A stretch of 62,613 nucleotides of DNA, filler included, from Bonamia ostreae (lineage: Eukaryota): NCBI GenBank assembly GCA_040357525.1. It is 34 parts of 34 records of this genome, joined end to end, with 100 filler letters (N's around TTAATTAATTAA, not from the genome) between each part and the next. Parts side by side here need not be neighbours in the genome. Positions count along the whole stretch, not along the records: positions 11,141 to 12,894 come from JBDODL010001364.1; positions 12,995 to 14,748 come from JBDODL010001365.1; positions 14,849 to 16,600 come from JBDODL010001366.1; positions 16,701 to 18,452 come from JBDODL010001367.1; positions 18,553 to 20,301 come from JBDODL010001368.1; positions 20,402 to 22,150 come from JBDODL010001369.1; positions 22,251 to 23,999 come from JBDODL010001370.1; positions 24,100 to 25,848 come from JBDODL010001371.1; 26 more parts are not named here. One strand, 5' to 3'. Position numbers and translations under genes: made by a program. Positions 11,214 through 25,541 of the stretch are shown here, in pieces. The notes below the pieces were generated by a model. That model searched no databases and had not been told where the DNA came from. It saw only the letters and a list, made by a program, of their open reading frames with translations. Each line of letters begins with the position of its first letter. Position 1 is the stretch's first letter.

Positions 11214-12690
11214 TGTTTTGGAATTGTAAGGAAAAAGAAACGGTGTCCCAAAAAAGACTTCGTTGTTGTAATTTAAAATCTGCCCAAATTTCAACCTTTA
11301 AGAAAATTTGGCTTTAAAAAACCTGCAATCATTCTCGTTCCTGCAAAAGTCGCCCAAAACGTTATTTGGCGCACTAATTTCTTCAATCTCGTAAATGTTT
11401 AGACATTGCTTTAGTTTTTCCACGTTACATTTTTCCACTTTTCGCCTTAAAAAACTTAAATAATTTTTCTTTGGCTTTTCTTCATAATTATTTTTTTGTC
11501 CACTGTAGTTTTCGCTAAATGATTTTTTCCACGACTCTTTTTTCGAAGTTTCGCTCTTTTTGTCCAAAATTTCCGTTTTCGAAGTTTCGCTGTCGATAAC
11601 TTTTGTTGTTTGCTTTGAAAATGATTTGAGTGTGTCGCCGTTTGCTTTTTTGGAAAAAGTTTCATCGTCCTTTTCTTCAGTTTTATTGTCGTTGTCCTCA
11701 TTTCCGACATTGTCATTTTCTTCAATTTTAATTTCAGAATCGGTATTATCGGGATTTGGATTTTCGGTGTCCTCTTCGTTCAAATTTTGCATCAAAATTT
11801 TTCTGTCATTTCCGTTGTGCAATTTTTCTTCTTCAACGTAAACAACTGTGTTTTTGCTTCCCAACTTTTCCTCGAAACGTTCTTTGGCTAAAGTTTGCGG
11901 CGGATTCAGATTCTTCAAATTGGTAAAATCGTCTTTGATCAGTCGCTCGGAGCCGTCAAAATCCGGTGCGACGAGTTGTTCCAACAACGTTTGTTTGTTT
12001 TCGAAAACAAGCAGTTTCTTGCCGACCGCGTCGAAGAGCGGCTGCTTCGGAGACAAGACCGATTTTAACGTGGAAGAAGTCGAAAAGATGGCGGCAACCA
12101 AAACAGCCGACGTCGAAGAGCTGTTCCCGTTAAATCTGTGTCGCAGAGAAGTGCGTTTGGAGATTTGGTCGAGCAAGTCTGAAACTTTGTTCGACTTTTG
12201 CATTTCGACTTCGAACCGCACGAGCGCGAGCGAGTTCGAAACGAAGTAAATGCTGAAAGTCTGGTTGTTGGGCTGTGGCACGGGGAGCGAGAGGTACATG
12301 AAGGGATCGAATTTCTGCGAGCGGTAGCCACAGCCTTCGCTGCGGCAGATCAGCTCCGATCGCAGTTGACCGTGGAACAAGTCCGCGATGAAAGAATTGT
12401 TCTGGGAAATGTGCCGGTTCCAACTTTCCTTCGCGTCATCGACCGCAGTCGAAAAACGCTTTTTCTCTCGTTTAAGTTCTTCGTGCAACCCGTCCAACAG
12501 AAAGGCCGTGAATTCGTGCGAGTCGTGTTGGTTGCAGCCACTGAGGAAAGTTATTTTGAAAACAAAAATAGGTTTGTTTTTTCGTCTAACGCTCGTTTAA
12601 ACGAAGACGGATTGACCGAGCTGTAGTTGCCCGACCAAATTTTCTTCAGCAATTTGGCGAATTGGGAAGCGATCGTTGAATCTTTTGTAT
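11214..12690 (-). CDS. Ubiquitin-specific protease, USP4/11/15-like (internal part)
   Basis: Motifs NQHDSHEFTAFLLDGLHEEL, NNSFIADLFHGQLRSELIC, FDPFMYLSLPVP and FFGTPFL. 23-nt intron at 12541-12563. Confidence 0.9.
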
Positions 12691-12994
12691 GAAGATTGTT
12701 TGAATGGGATTTTTATTTTGCGGAGGGATTTTATATTGGAGCGGTTGACGAATTTTTGTTTTTATTTTTAAGACCAATTTTTATTTTTAATAAGAATTTT
12801 TGTTTTTAATGAGAATTTTTGTTTTTTAATGATCAATTTTTATTTTTATTAAGACGAATTTTTATTTTTTTAAGACCAATTTTTATTTTTAAGANNNNNN
12901 NNNNNNNNNNNNNNNNNNNNNNNNNNNNNNNNNNNNNNTTAATTAATTAANNNNNNNNNNNNNNNNNNNNNNNNNNNNNNNNNNNNNNNNNNNN

Positions 12995-13764
12995 GGCGTA
13001 GTTGCAATTCTGTCATTGCCCCGGGTACATTTTTAATTTTGAGAGATTTGATTTTTTTGATTGCACGAAATGGCAATATTTCGATAAATCCTGTTTCAGA
13101 TATTATTTCGTCCAGCAACGAAGGACTTTTAATTATCTTTTTTTTAAGCAAATTAGAAAAATTAAAAATTTGGTAAAATTAAAAATTCTTATTATACCAT
13201 TTTGGCAGTTTCTGGAGAGGAATAATGTACATATCCAAACCCCAAAGATTCTCCATTTCTGTTAGTGACAATTTTCGAGGAAAGAATATCACCAAAGATT
13301 GAAAAAAGTTCGTAAAATCGTCGATTTGATATTTGTTTATTAATTTTCTTTTATTTTGCAATATTTGATATTTTAAAGTTATATTTTAATATTATAAAAT
13401 TTAGCCGTTTGAAACTTTTATAAAAATATTTCCATCTTTGAATTTAAGAGCATGAATATCCTTATTCACCCACATAATCCGACATGGTTTTCCTAAAATA
13501 GGAGTAAAATTTAGACAGTTTTTAGCATTTTTGGCACAAGAAAGGTCTGCAAAATTGACATAAGCGTATCCATATCTCTTTTTATTTTGTTTGTATTTGC
13601 ATAATTTGCATGAAAGCACCATTCCATATTTTGAAAAGATTGAAATTAAGTCGTTTTCCGTGACTTCTGGCAACAAATCGCCTTTTGAATAAAATTTAAA
13701 TTTAATATTTTAAACCGACGTATAAAGAAGAAGAATTTTTATTGAATTTTGTCTTTTTGTTCAT
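12995..13764 (-). CDS. Polyadenylate-binding protein-like multi-RRM protein (5' part)
   Basis: Motifs SSLYVGDLLPEVTE, YGYAYVNF, LNFTPILGKPCRIMW, GNIFIK and FSIFGDILSSKIV..GFGYVHY. Three GT-AG introns. Confidence 0.88.
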
Positions 13765-13987
13765 GATTTTAAATTGGACTTAATTTTTATAACTAGCTTT
13801 TTTCAATTTTAAAAATTTTAATTTCTGGATCAATCTACAAATGTCGATTTTTTATTAAGTTGGATCAGAAATTATTTATCTTTTTGTTTCGTTTATAAAA
13901 ACGACAGTTTATTGATTTTATCCATTTATTGTGAAAAGTTTTAATTTGATGAATGTTAATTTAAAAAATGATTTGATTTATTGAACA

Positions 13988-14419
13988 CTAATCCATCATT
14001 TCCTTGAACTGCTCAAAAAACACTTTTTTGCCATCGCCGATTTCATCAACAATATCTTGCACATCCTTCATCGACATATTTTCACCCAATTTCACAAGCC
14101 CAGAGTGAATATCTTTGGTCGTAATCGCCCCTTTTTCTGAAACGTCAAAGAGATCAAAAGCTTCTTTGATTTCTTGGTCTTTGTCGTAAAAAGCGCCCTG
14201 TTTCATTAAATTAAGGAATTGCTGAAAATCGAGCGAATTTTTTGCTTCGACGTCAAACGGTTTGATTATTTCTTCGATTTCGGCTTCGGAGACTTTACGG
14301 CCCATTCGTTCGAATTGAGACATCAATTCTTTTGAGCCTATCCGACCTTTCTTGTCGACATCCAGAATCGAAAACGCTTCTTTGAATTGCGATACTTGGC
14401 TTTGAGTATATTGATCCAT
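13988..14419 (-). CDS. Calmodulin/centrin/light-chain-like EF-hand protein
   Basis: 143 aa with FKEAFSILDVDKKGRI and EIKEAFDLFD. EF loops are degenerate. Confidence 0.9.
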   Translation of the reverse strand: MDQYTQSQVSQFKEAFSILDVDKKGRIGSKELMSQFERMGRKVSEAEIEEIIKPFDVEAKNSLDFQQFLNLMKQGAFYDKDQEIKEAFDLFDVSEKGAITTKDIHSGLVKLGENMSMKDVQDIVDEIGDGKKVFFEQFKEMMD

Positions 14420-14999
14420 TTTAAGCTTAGGTTTTTTTATTATATTGATTCGCGGTAGAAATTTAAAGCTCGAACATCTTTTTTTCTTATATTCGATTTG
14501 TTTATATTACTGTTGATTAGTTTATGCGAACACGTGATTTTAATAAGTCGCTCAGAAAAATTGATTTTTATCAGATTTGTTCTTACGAATAATAAACATC
14601 TTAAAAATTCAGACATTTTACATTTTAAAATTCATTGTTATTTCCTGAAACAGGACATTTTGATATTAGTGCTCTCAGTTTTCCTACTTACGATTCAGAA
14701 ATAATGGAAGAAATTTATCAAACAATAAATCCAAATAATCTGATTATTNNNNNNNNNNNNNNNNNNNNNNNNNNNNNNNNNNNNNNNNNNNNTTAATTAA
14801 TTAANNNNNNNNNNNNNNNNNNNNNNNNNNNNNNNNNNNNNNNNNNNNCTGTATCGCCAAATCATAAAAATAATTATTTATAAAATTTTCTCGAAAATAA
14901 TATTTTGACGACATTTTACATAAGCTCGATAAACAAACATAAAGTCCGATATACGAAAAAAGCTAAAACACGATTTAGCAAATTTAAAATTTAGTCAAA

Positions 15000-15809
15000 A
15001 TGGCGCACTTTATGCCACCATCCTTGTTAGCTCTATTCGCTCCCAACCCTCCTATAAAACACATCAAAGCGCCTACAAAGAAGAAACCGATTTCTTACAC
15101 TGGCCTCGCCAGCATGCTCCATTTGGTCAAAAAACACGCAAGCGACCCTCTCCCCAAAAAAGGCGCCACAAACGAAGAAAAAAGGGCGCGCCGCCGCAGA
15201 AAACAAAAGAAAATCAACGAAAGAATGATCGAAAAACGGCTCAAAGAATGGGACCCGAAGAACAACAAAGAAATCGCTTCCGATCCGTATCGAACTCTTT
15301 TCGTCGCACGGCTGAGCTACAAAGCCACGAAAGAAGATTTGCTCAAAGAATTCAATTACTTCGGAGCGGTCAAATCGGTTGCGCTCGTCAAAGACAAAAA
15401 AGGGCAGCCGAGAGGATACGCTTTCGTCGAGTTCAAACACAAAGACGATCTCAAAAGTTTTTTTCGCCAAACTTGTCCTTTTGTAAGAGGCGTACAAAAA
15501 GACGGACGGACGCCGAATTAAGGGCCGGCGGATATTGGTCGATGCTGAAAGAGGCAGAACGGTCAAGGGCTGGAAGCCGAGGAGATTAGGTGCGGATTTT
15601 TTATTTTCAAAAATTAAATTTTGTGAAAAGGGGGTGGACTTGGGAGTACCAGAAGATCGAAGAAAAAGCGCGAAAGCGAGAAAAGAAGAAGTCAGAAAAG
15701 CGGTACTGATTCGAGGAGAGAGCGCAGAAGCGGCAGAACGGGCAGAGATCACAGAGATCAGAGAAGGGAACGTTTTATAGATGAGAGAAAAACTAGAAGG
15801 AGACATTAA
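15000..15809 (+). CDS. SNRNP70: U1 snRNP 70 kDa protein
   Basis: Motifs [36 protein letters not shown] and [30 protein letters not shown] after removing introns 15457-15487 (31 nt) and 15590-15630 (41 nt). Confidence 0.97.
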
Positions 15810-16471
15810 ATTGCACGCGATTTTTTAGACATTAATGTCGATTTTTTTTATTTTTGGAAACAAAATGGCAATTTTGATATTAAAGATGATCATTTCTGAT
15901 ATTAAAATTGACCAATTCGTTTTTTGGTTAATCACTTAAATTCTTTCAAATAGGTTGCTCGCTTAAAAAACATGAAAATGCTAAAGTTTCTAAATGACCC
16001 AAATGCTGTTTCAATATTATTGATCTCTTCGATTGTCGTTCTGGTCGTTGCACTTCTTTTTTTTAGTGTTATTATTGTTAAGTTTTTTCTTCATTGTCTT
16101 CGTTGCAACGCGAGATGGATTTCAAAGTTACAAAATTCAATAAAAATTCCAAAAATCAATGTTTTTTGTAAATCTGAAAATGATCGAATTTTTAAAAATC
16201 TTTTTTCTTTAATCAAAACAAAATTTTTTCAAAAATTGCAAAATTAGATTTTCAAAAAGAAAAAACTCACCGAAAAAACTTCAAAAAACGAACAATCTGA
16301 TCTGTTTTTGGAACACATCGAAGCCAAATTTTTGGGAAACGATAAAAGCAAATGTCAAAACGGAAAAGTTTGCAGAATCGACATTAATGTTATTTTTGCA
16401 TTTTAAAGTCTGAAATCGATAAAGAAGCTCAAAAAAGCTTTCGCAACGATTAAATTTATAAATTGCACTAT

Positions 16472-16600
16472 TTATTCCTTCAGAAGATCATTTAGTTCTC
16501 CTTCGTTTATAAGCTCTTTTACAACATCAAGTCCTCCAACTAATTCCCCTTTTATATAAAGTTGTGGATACGTGTTCCAATTCGAATATTTTTTGAGTCC
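16472..16600 (-). CDS. Monothiol glutaredoxin, C-terminus (partial)
   Basis: [30 protein letters not shown], of the GRX3/4/5 type. Confidence 0.9.
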   Translation of the reverse strand, partial: GLKKYSNWNTYPQLYIKGELVGGLDVVKELINEGELNDLLKE

Positions 16601-18605
16601 NNNNNNNNNNNNNNNNNNNNNNNNNNNNNNNNNNNNNNNNNNNNTTAATTAATTAANNNNNNNNNNNNNNNNNNNNNNNNNNNNNNNNNNNNNNNNNNNN
16701 TAATTGTATACACACTTCAAAAAATTGAACATTTACTAAATATACATACGGCAGAATCCACAAAAGGCTGGACAGTTCCGAAATGCCCAACTGATGTAAG
16801 GAGATTTGCATGAGCTTAGCGTATAGTCGGCACAGTCCGGAAGTCTATCCTGGCACACATCACCAACGCAGGACTTGAACAACCCTTGTAAGATACACAA
16901 AGCAATTCTTCATTATCCTAATATTATGTAGTTTTAGACCACGAGATAATTGTAATTTACTGTAAATCATTTGAAACCCCCATATTAATAGGTCATACCT
17001 GCATACACAAGGCTTAAAACCAACTTCAGAGACAGGGGCATTATCATAGCCTGAAGCACCGTAAGGTAGTTCCAAAGACAACAGTATTTATATACTTTTA
17101 TGTGATTATATCGTTAGTGGACATATTAATCTATGATAATCAGGAAAAATAAATCAGTGATTTTGAGTGAGTATGCCTTATTGGGCAAATCTTAACCAAT
17201 AGAAAACGGTGGTTTCTCTCTGGACAGAAAATCCTTTGTTGTAGATAAGGCAGACCGAAATGATTAAATTCGATATAGTGCATCAGGTACATGTAAAGCT
17301 ACGCAAAAGTATCATATATACTTGATATATGTTTTGATATTTTTCTATAGATTCCATATAGAGTACCCGAGTGTTTACTGAGCTGTAGCAATCCAAACTT
17401 TAAAATCAACGTTTGGGATTTACTTTCACTCCACGTTAAATCTGCTTGCATAGCTCGATGATTGTGACGTCACATCAGCTGTTTACAATTAATAATGAAC
17501 GTAAACCTTTCATCGGCAACCACAAATGTAAACGTATGTGAATATCCTGAATTAGTTATATTTCCTGACATTCAATCAATGATCTTTTCGTTATTATGTG
17601 CACTACTTATTTCACGACCTTTGTATTTGCGCGGAAGCGGACATCGAAAGCGTGAGTACTTCACCGCTCAAATAGAAAGGATATGTATATTTCCCGATAT
17701 ATTATGAAAATATTTCTAAACATCTGCATAAAGTTCATGTCAGAAAAGTGCAACAAGAAAAAGATGGTTGACTTAAAATTTTATCCTGATTATACAAGTA
17801 ATGCAGCGATGATGTGGACACAGTTGTAGTATTAGACATCTACATGGGTGATGCCGGGATCACCACCAACACATTTTTAATCAACTTTAAAGCTACACAA
17901 ACAACCATGAAGTCCAAAGTTCATGATCAGATTTCATGATGATGGGTCTGACTCCAAGGTCCAAAATTCACTGTTTAGCTTCAAAATTGAGAATGCATTG
18001 ACCCTGGGAACTGCAGATGGCAAGGGTCACATGAAGAAAATGATTTATAGTTATGTGATAGCACAAGAAATGCACCGAAATGTTCTTCGATAAAGGCCTC
18101 TAATTCAAAATGAACTGCATACGATGATATTTAGAATGCTATCTACAGTCTACACACATAAGGTGTACTGTAACGTTGTTGATGGTTCCGAGAATTAATA
18201 AATTCAAAGCTTTACACTATAAGCACTACCAAGACCTTTTTACAGGTTTTTGTCCAACTTTGTAAATAGGTTACAGAATCCTGAAGGATTAAGCAATTGA
18301 ACTGTGTTTGCAGCACTCACACTAGCATCATCTGAAAATCAATACAATGTCATGTACTGTACCAGTGGTTTACTGAGTGATAAGACAGAGGAGGTACTCT
18401 CTCAAATTCACGAAGGACACCTGGAAGTAACAAGGAGATTTTGTCAGTGGGCNNNNNNNNNNNNNNNNNNNNNNNNNNNNNNNNNNNNNNNNNNNNTTAA
18501 TTAATTAANNNNNNNNNNNNNNNNNNNNNNNNNNNNNNNNNNNNNNNNNNNNCAAAGTAGCATGCTTTTCTTCTTTCAAAATCGTGAACAAGTCCCTTTA
18601 AACGT

Positions 18606-20029
18606 TTATGAACGCACTGATGATAAAGACAAACCTATTTTTGACTTTTCATATTCCTCATCAAGTCCATTCAACACCGTTGTTAGAAAGGAGAGAGAGT
18701 CTTCTTGTTTATATTCACGGTAGCCAGTATTTCTAGAAAACAAAAACAACAAATCTATAAGAAATACAAAAATAAGACATACCGCATTTCGTATGTCAAG
18801 GGATCCGTCTTTGCCCAAAGTTTAATTTTGTATTTTTAAACAGCTCAAAATCCTTGATCAACGCTATGAACACAGTATGCATTTATTACATTTGTTACAT
18901 ATCCAGTCCAGTTTTCAACACAATACTATTTAGTAGCCTTTCAGAATGATTACGTTAACATGTTAGAATCTGTACAAAAACAAAAATTGAAACAAAACAC
19001 AATTCTCCTTTGCACGGGTATATTTTCGTAATGAATGAAAAAGTCTTACGAGTTGTTGAATTCGTGATGAAACTGATCTAAAATTGACCACATTTCCAAT
19101 CCCGCTGTGTTTTGATTTCTAATGCGGCATAGGATTTCTCTGAGTCTGACACTCCAAGATCCACTCTGTATAAAATAGTTAGTAAAATCAAACTGAGAAG
19201 TTATCATGGTTTTTTATTTAGATTTGAAAAAAATCACACAAATGATGTGAATGTCTTTATTACATGTCTGTACGAAATGCAATATTGTAATTCTTTTAAA
19301 GACGTATTTCACTTTCAAGAATAGATCCAAGTAGTCATCATTTCTTTTACCTTAATGACGGGTCCTAAATGTTATCATATTATGTGGATAAGTACTTAAT
19401 ATGGTAAAAATTTGTTTGTATGTAATTTATCATTAAAGTAATATTTCCCAATTTGATAGAGATTGTCATAATTCTAAACGCTAAACTAGTCTAATACCTC
19501 TTGTTTCACTGTATCTTCCAAGCATTCATAAAAACGTGGCGTTTCTGCAAGTATCTGCCAATACATGGTGCATTTAAAACATATCAGTAAAGTTTCAGAA
19601 TTCGTCCGTAACAAAGATAAAATGTTGTTGTGGTACAATGGTACATGCATTGGATACTTCACATCGGTAATTGTTCTATCATTGTTCGTTTTCACCTTTC
19701 ATTTGGCCAGTGTGCTTATTGAAATGAAAATAGCATAAATGCTGTGTCCATTAATTCTATGATATCGAACCATCTTTATCTCCCCATTGTATTTCCAAAA
19801 GCTATACACGTATATTTATCAGTAGCAGTTGCTTTTTTGAACTAATCTTCTATCAACCTTGATATACCACGACGATCTTTATCTTTATTACCATCGGCTA
19901 AACTTTTATTTGACTCTAGCAAGATTTGTTGATATAATATCAAATATAATTTACCTGTAAAATGCAATTACGATAACAAGAAAAGGCAATATTTGGAAGA
20001 CCTTTCCACTCTCCTTTTGTGCTGGATAC
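18606..20029 (-). CDS. Host USP-family deubiquitinase-like exons
   Basis: Exons WKGLPNIAFSCYRNCILQ (Cys box, 19955-20029), ILAETPRFYECLED and YREYKQEDSLSFLTTVLNGLDEE. Donors GTAAAT, GTATTA and GTATGT with long introns. Confidence 0.65.
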
Positions 20030-23000
20030 CTTAAATACAAAGAATCGCATTTCTAAGAGATGTGTAGTATTAGAAAACAAATGTAGCGAATCTAAATAAA
20101 ATGCATTGACATGTACACGTATATATGCCGATAGTGTTGGGACATTACCATTAAATTTATCCATATTTTTTTCTACTCGTCTTAATTCATGACCAAAACT
20201 GAAGTGGGCTTATGTTTCATTGGGATGTCATATTTCTCTAACTGGGCTGTGCAAAATTGGAAAATGTGCATTATTGTTATAAATATGCCTAGATGGTCGA
20301 ANNNNNNNNNNNNNNNNNNNNNNNNNNNNNNNNNNNNNNNNNNNNTTAATTAATTAANNNNNNNNNNNNNNNNNNNNNNNNNNNNNNNNNNNNNNNNNNN
20401 NTTTTCCTTTAATGTTATCTTGATCGTTTAAAAAATGTCAATATTATCTTCTTCGATCGATATAAAATACGATCAAGGATAGTACAGCACTGCAAGACTG
20501 CAAACTATTTCACTTCTTCAAGACGATTGCTAGACTAGAAAATGGACTTGTCAGGTCTGTTCCCTTCATCTTAACTTTATATATAAATTCATCGTTGTCA
20601 AATTTCGAAGATTTTAAAACACCTGTGCTACCTCCATATCTCTCTCTCTTATTTTTTTTTTTTTTTTTTTAACAATTGAATTAGTGGAATTCCTTCATCC
20701 CGATCTATTTCCTATGCAGATGTACAAATTGTTTATTTACATTTTCATCGCGCTGCGTAGGAATACATACATGTAATGTGGATATGGACACAATGAAATA
20801 TCATGCAGTGATATCCACTGCCTAAAGCTGTAAATATGTGATAAATCTATATATCTGTGTGGGTATCAATCGACACGATTTTCACTTTTCCTGCATTGAT
20901 TCGTTGATTTTTTATCAATCAGTAATTTTACAGCATAATGTAATTGATGAATTAATATTTTTATAGCATACTTTAAATGTTTCTTGCACATGTATTTATG
21001 AATTAATAATTTATAATTTATCGATCAATAAATGGGCATTGTTATATGAAAAGAAAAATGTGCATACACATGTATGTATCAACTAGGGAATTTACGACAT
21101 TATGGAACTGTCGAAGTTTATTTTAATAGATGCTTTATTTAGCTATTCAAAATGACGTTTCTCAACGCTCTCCCTTAATACAAGTATAAAATTACATGTA
21201 TGTAGATGTTAAAAATCATGGTCAAATCTGTTGTTGTTTTATAGGCATGATTCTAATGANNNNNNNNNNCTTGGTGTCCACTTTTCCGGAGAGGACATTT
21301 CTATGCAAGTGGGACGTTTTGCCAGAAAGGTATAACTATACAAATCCAGGGAATAGTGCGCCATGTACATGCAATAAGCGATGAGTTATAACGAAACCTT
21401 GACAATGACGCGATAAATACAATACACAGTATCATCGTGGATCAGATTTAGGATGCTTTAGCAAACTCCCTACAGAGTCTAGATATGGGAATAAGTAATT
21501 TTATATCCATTTTGAGTACACTGCTATAGGAAAATTGCCTGTGGGTTATACGCGATTTCCCTTTTCAGTTGAATTTAAAATATGTCAATAACTGCAAAAG
21601 AAGCAACTCTTGCAGTATTTTTATATATATGACACATTTCAATTCTCTCTCTCCGTAAGGACTGCACTACTCCAACTAAGACACTCGTATATCTATTTAG
21701 TTACAGATATTTGGATTTAGATGAAATATAGTGTAAAAGTTATGATTTGGAAGATACATTTCATAAAGGTGTGTTTAGAATTAGACGCCTATAGCTCGTA
21801 CGCTATTCACATGACGCCTGTGTCCGGACCGCTGTATCAACCTTCATATTGTATGCCAGCATCACTTAAAGCAAAACAAAAACGTGCAGTTTCTTAATGG
21901 AATCTGTGGTGTTTGTGCATTCATTGAAATCGGATTCCATCTCGAAGAAAATTTTAAATCTGCGAAAATGTAATTCAATTCTACAGCATTTTCGAATTTA
22001 TATGACTCGGGACTAAGAGGAAGAAACAAACCCATCAACTTACAATTGACAGATCCTTTTATTAGTGGCATATTTGTTATAAGTTGATTGATACTAGTAT
22101 AAGTTATGAATATTCAATATGATTATTCTGACTCATTAAGGTATACGCATNNNNNNNNNNNNNNNNNNNNNNNNNNNNNNNNNNNNNNNNNNNNTTAATT
22201 AATTAANNNNNNNNNNNNNNNNNNNNNNNNNNNNNNNNNNNNNNNNNNNNTTATATTGATTAAATCTTTAATTGATGACGCAGTTATTCTTAAATAATTT
22301 TCCAAGAGCAGATCAAAGAAACATAACGAAAATACAAGTATGTACTATTAACACATAATTGATGAAATAAAGTGCGCCATGATATAGGCATGTCTGGAAG
22401 TTTTACAACAGGGGCAGGGGATACAGATCTTATTTGCAATGTAAAATATCATTAAAAGTAGAGACCTTTTTCACATGAAAAGAGTTTAATGCAAAGATCG
22501 GGTTAGTTATTTCATAAGATAATCGTTAAATTTCGGGTCTTATGAAAACTATTTCTTAAGTTAATTTTTTTTTAAATTTCAGATTGAATTAGAATTAAAA
22601 TGTCTACATACATGTATAATTGTATATTCTACATTTCGGTAGCTCTGCCATATAGTTGCATTTGAAAAAAAGTATAGGGTTTTGAATAAATAAAGAAGTA
22701 TTTCTGGTCGGAAACCGTAAGACATTGTATAAAATCGGCGCCTGGTGTCATTTCAGATTAAGAAATACTTTACACAGCTCTATAATTCTTTGCTTTCTCA
22801 AATGTACTATGAAGATATGATGATATAAAATCATAAATATTTCTGTAGATCTGACATTACTGTTTCCGGGGTGTAAATCTCAGCGTAGCGGCTTCCGCCA
22901 CTTAAAGGGCATACTGAATTTCACAAAACAAATTATATACACTGTATAGATTGATTCTTTGATCAATGACGTGTTGGACTGAATGTACTGTTTGGGAGAG

Positions 23001-25239
23001 ACGGCATTTTCTGATGGAAAGTTGATGAATTGGAAATTGCCAGCTCTCTTTTCCATGAAGCATTTATTTGCGATTTTTTCACACCATATAAAATGTAGCC
23101 AAATTACTCAGCTATTTAGTCACATTATTTCTAAAGATCTTTGTGGCGTAAAAGGAGAGGGGTGGGCCCCCTGCCCCCTCTAAATCCACCACTGGTAAAG
23201 GTTTGATATCAATCAACGATAAGAAAAAGCATTCTGGGAAAACAGATTTAGTTGTATTAGAATTTGCATGTACTTTGAAAAGTGTTGGTATTTTCTAAAC
23301 ATTAGGTTTCACTCCAAAGGTTACTAACTCGTATTTTTCCTAATTGGAATAATGGGATTTGATATGAAAATCCATGCCTCCTTTAATGCATCTCTATGAC
23401 CTTGCTGAATCTGAAATATACCACCAATCTAAGGAATATCAGTTCACGCATCACTGTCACAACGACCGTCGCATCTGTCCAGTCATCGTCTCATACCCAA
23501 GGGTGATCTCATTTTGTACAGACGAGATCCCCCGTGGGTATCCGGTGATTCTATCCAGTCAGGGACCACAATATTTTTTCAGTTACAGTTTTGTTTTATA
23601 TAGATGAAATCAAACTATATATTCACTAAATATAAAATAGACCCTGGGGCAATGATTTCTACATCCATGGCGTCCAAATATGTACACCCCTTTCCGACGG
23701 ACTTTCGCCAAATGACTCCGCGTCATCTTGCTCTCCCTCCAATACGGGCGTCAAATGCAAAAGCTAACCACACACTGTAAAGTACTGACAACGTAAAGAA
23801 TATCGCCCTTCTTAACAAAAATGGTTTTTAAACTTAAACCGATACGGCGCCGAATGAATAACAGTGAAATACAAACTGTAGGAAAACTGTACGTATATAA
23901 ACCCGTATATAGCAGACACAAAAATAGAACTATGTGTGAATAACATTACTCATCATTAGGATGGAGGGACTTGTTTTGGTTCTGAAACATATGGGTAGGN
24001 NNNNNNNNNNNNNNNNNNNNNNNNNNNNNNNNNNNNNNNNNNNTTAATTAATTAANNNNNNNNNNNNNNNNNNNNNNNNNNNNNNNNNNNNNNNNNNNNA
24101 ATTCACCTATTTACTCATACCCTCATTTGTTTTCTATTTTGTAACAAATAGTTACATAATTCATACCCTAATTAATAAAATGTCTGGATAGAAACTTTTC
24201 TATTTTGTGTATAATGTAAAATGCATCATATACGTTCAAAAACAACCCTTAAACTTCCTCTTGTAATTAGTTTAGGGTTTTATGATTTCTCAGCTAGTAT
24301 AACTGGACTAACATGGGTGAATGTGATATGAAGGTCAACTATTCTGATATGCACTGAAAGCCTTGTATATCTGTTTTCTGAACAAATAGGACAGTATAAT
24401 CAGTTCATATGTTCCAAATCATGGACGTGTGCTGAAGTTGACAAAATCTTGATTTTCAAGTTTCCATACACACATATTTCTGAGAAAAATTGATGAGGGG
24501 AAACCCCTTTTATCTGTTTAATTTGGCATATTTCAAATAAGATAATCCCTAAAACCTGAGCAAACACTGATAAGGATATTCTCAGGAAATACCTCATGCT
24601 GAGGTATTTGTCACCGCGTCAATTACTTATTCCAAACAGTACTTGAAGGTGTATAGTTCATTCGACCCTTTTCCTTCTTCCTTATCAAAAATGACAAAAC
24701 ATCTAAACACATTAACCTTGAAAACATATACTTGTGACATAATACGTTTGCTGGCTTGCACTCTTTCTTATCGATGCTTTGTTGAAATCATAGTACACAA
24801 ATTCCTAATACTGAATAAAAATATCATGATCCCAATTAAATTGAATTAGAAATATGAGAAGATAAAATATCTTATTGTGGCCTTCTAGTCTAAAGAACTA
24901 GGTACTCTAAGCATAAAAATCGGCACTGTCTTCAAATATCATCACATTGAATATGTCCGCAAGCTGTTGCTATCAGAACACATGCAATTTTCCTTCTATT
25001 TCTTTTAGAGTATTAAACATAGCATTTGTTCTTACAAAACCCGTAAGTAACGTGATGATGTCGACTTTTATTGATAATATCTTGGAAAGTGACAAAAAAG
25101 AAGATTGCGTGCGAGTATTACCGCTTTGCATAAAAATTTCTACCTTCTCAATTAAATGAGTTGGAGTATTTCAAGTCCTAAATGGAATTGAAGCAAATTT
25201 ATGAAATAAAGGAAAATCATATCTGGCTTTAATTACCAG

Positions 25240-25541
25240 TGTTAAACAACTTTTAGGGAATTGAAATCGTATAACTGTTGTAAAATGAAGAATATTAAAA
25301 ATCATTACTTGTCAACAATTTACACGACTATTTCTCACGATAAATTAAAGACAAAACAGTTGTTTATAACAATGGAAAAAAGGAAATATATTTTACGATC
25401 ACTCATTCAAGAATTACTTTGTTCAAGACCATTCGGATTCCACGCACAGGTCCTCTGAAGTTAGTATTAAAAAGTTGCTGGATATTTTCATTCATATCTT
25501 CGTTGTGTTTTGTGATAAGGTCTTCTAACAGTCTGTTGGTA
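25240..25541 (+). pseudogene. Degenerate reverse-transcriptase fragment (Penelope-like, host)
   Basis: LSTIYTTISHDKLK and SDSTHRSSEVSIKKLLDIFIHIFVVFCDKVF*QSVG, with stops and frameshifts. Confidence 0.7.
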
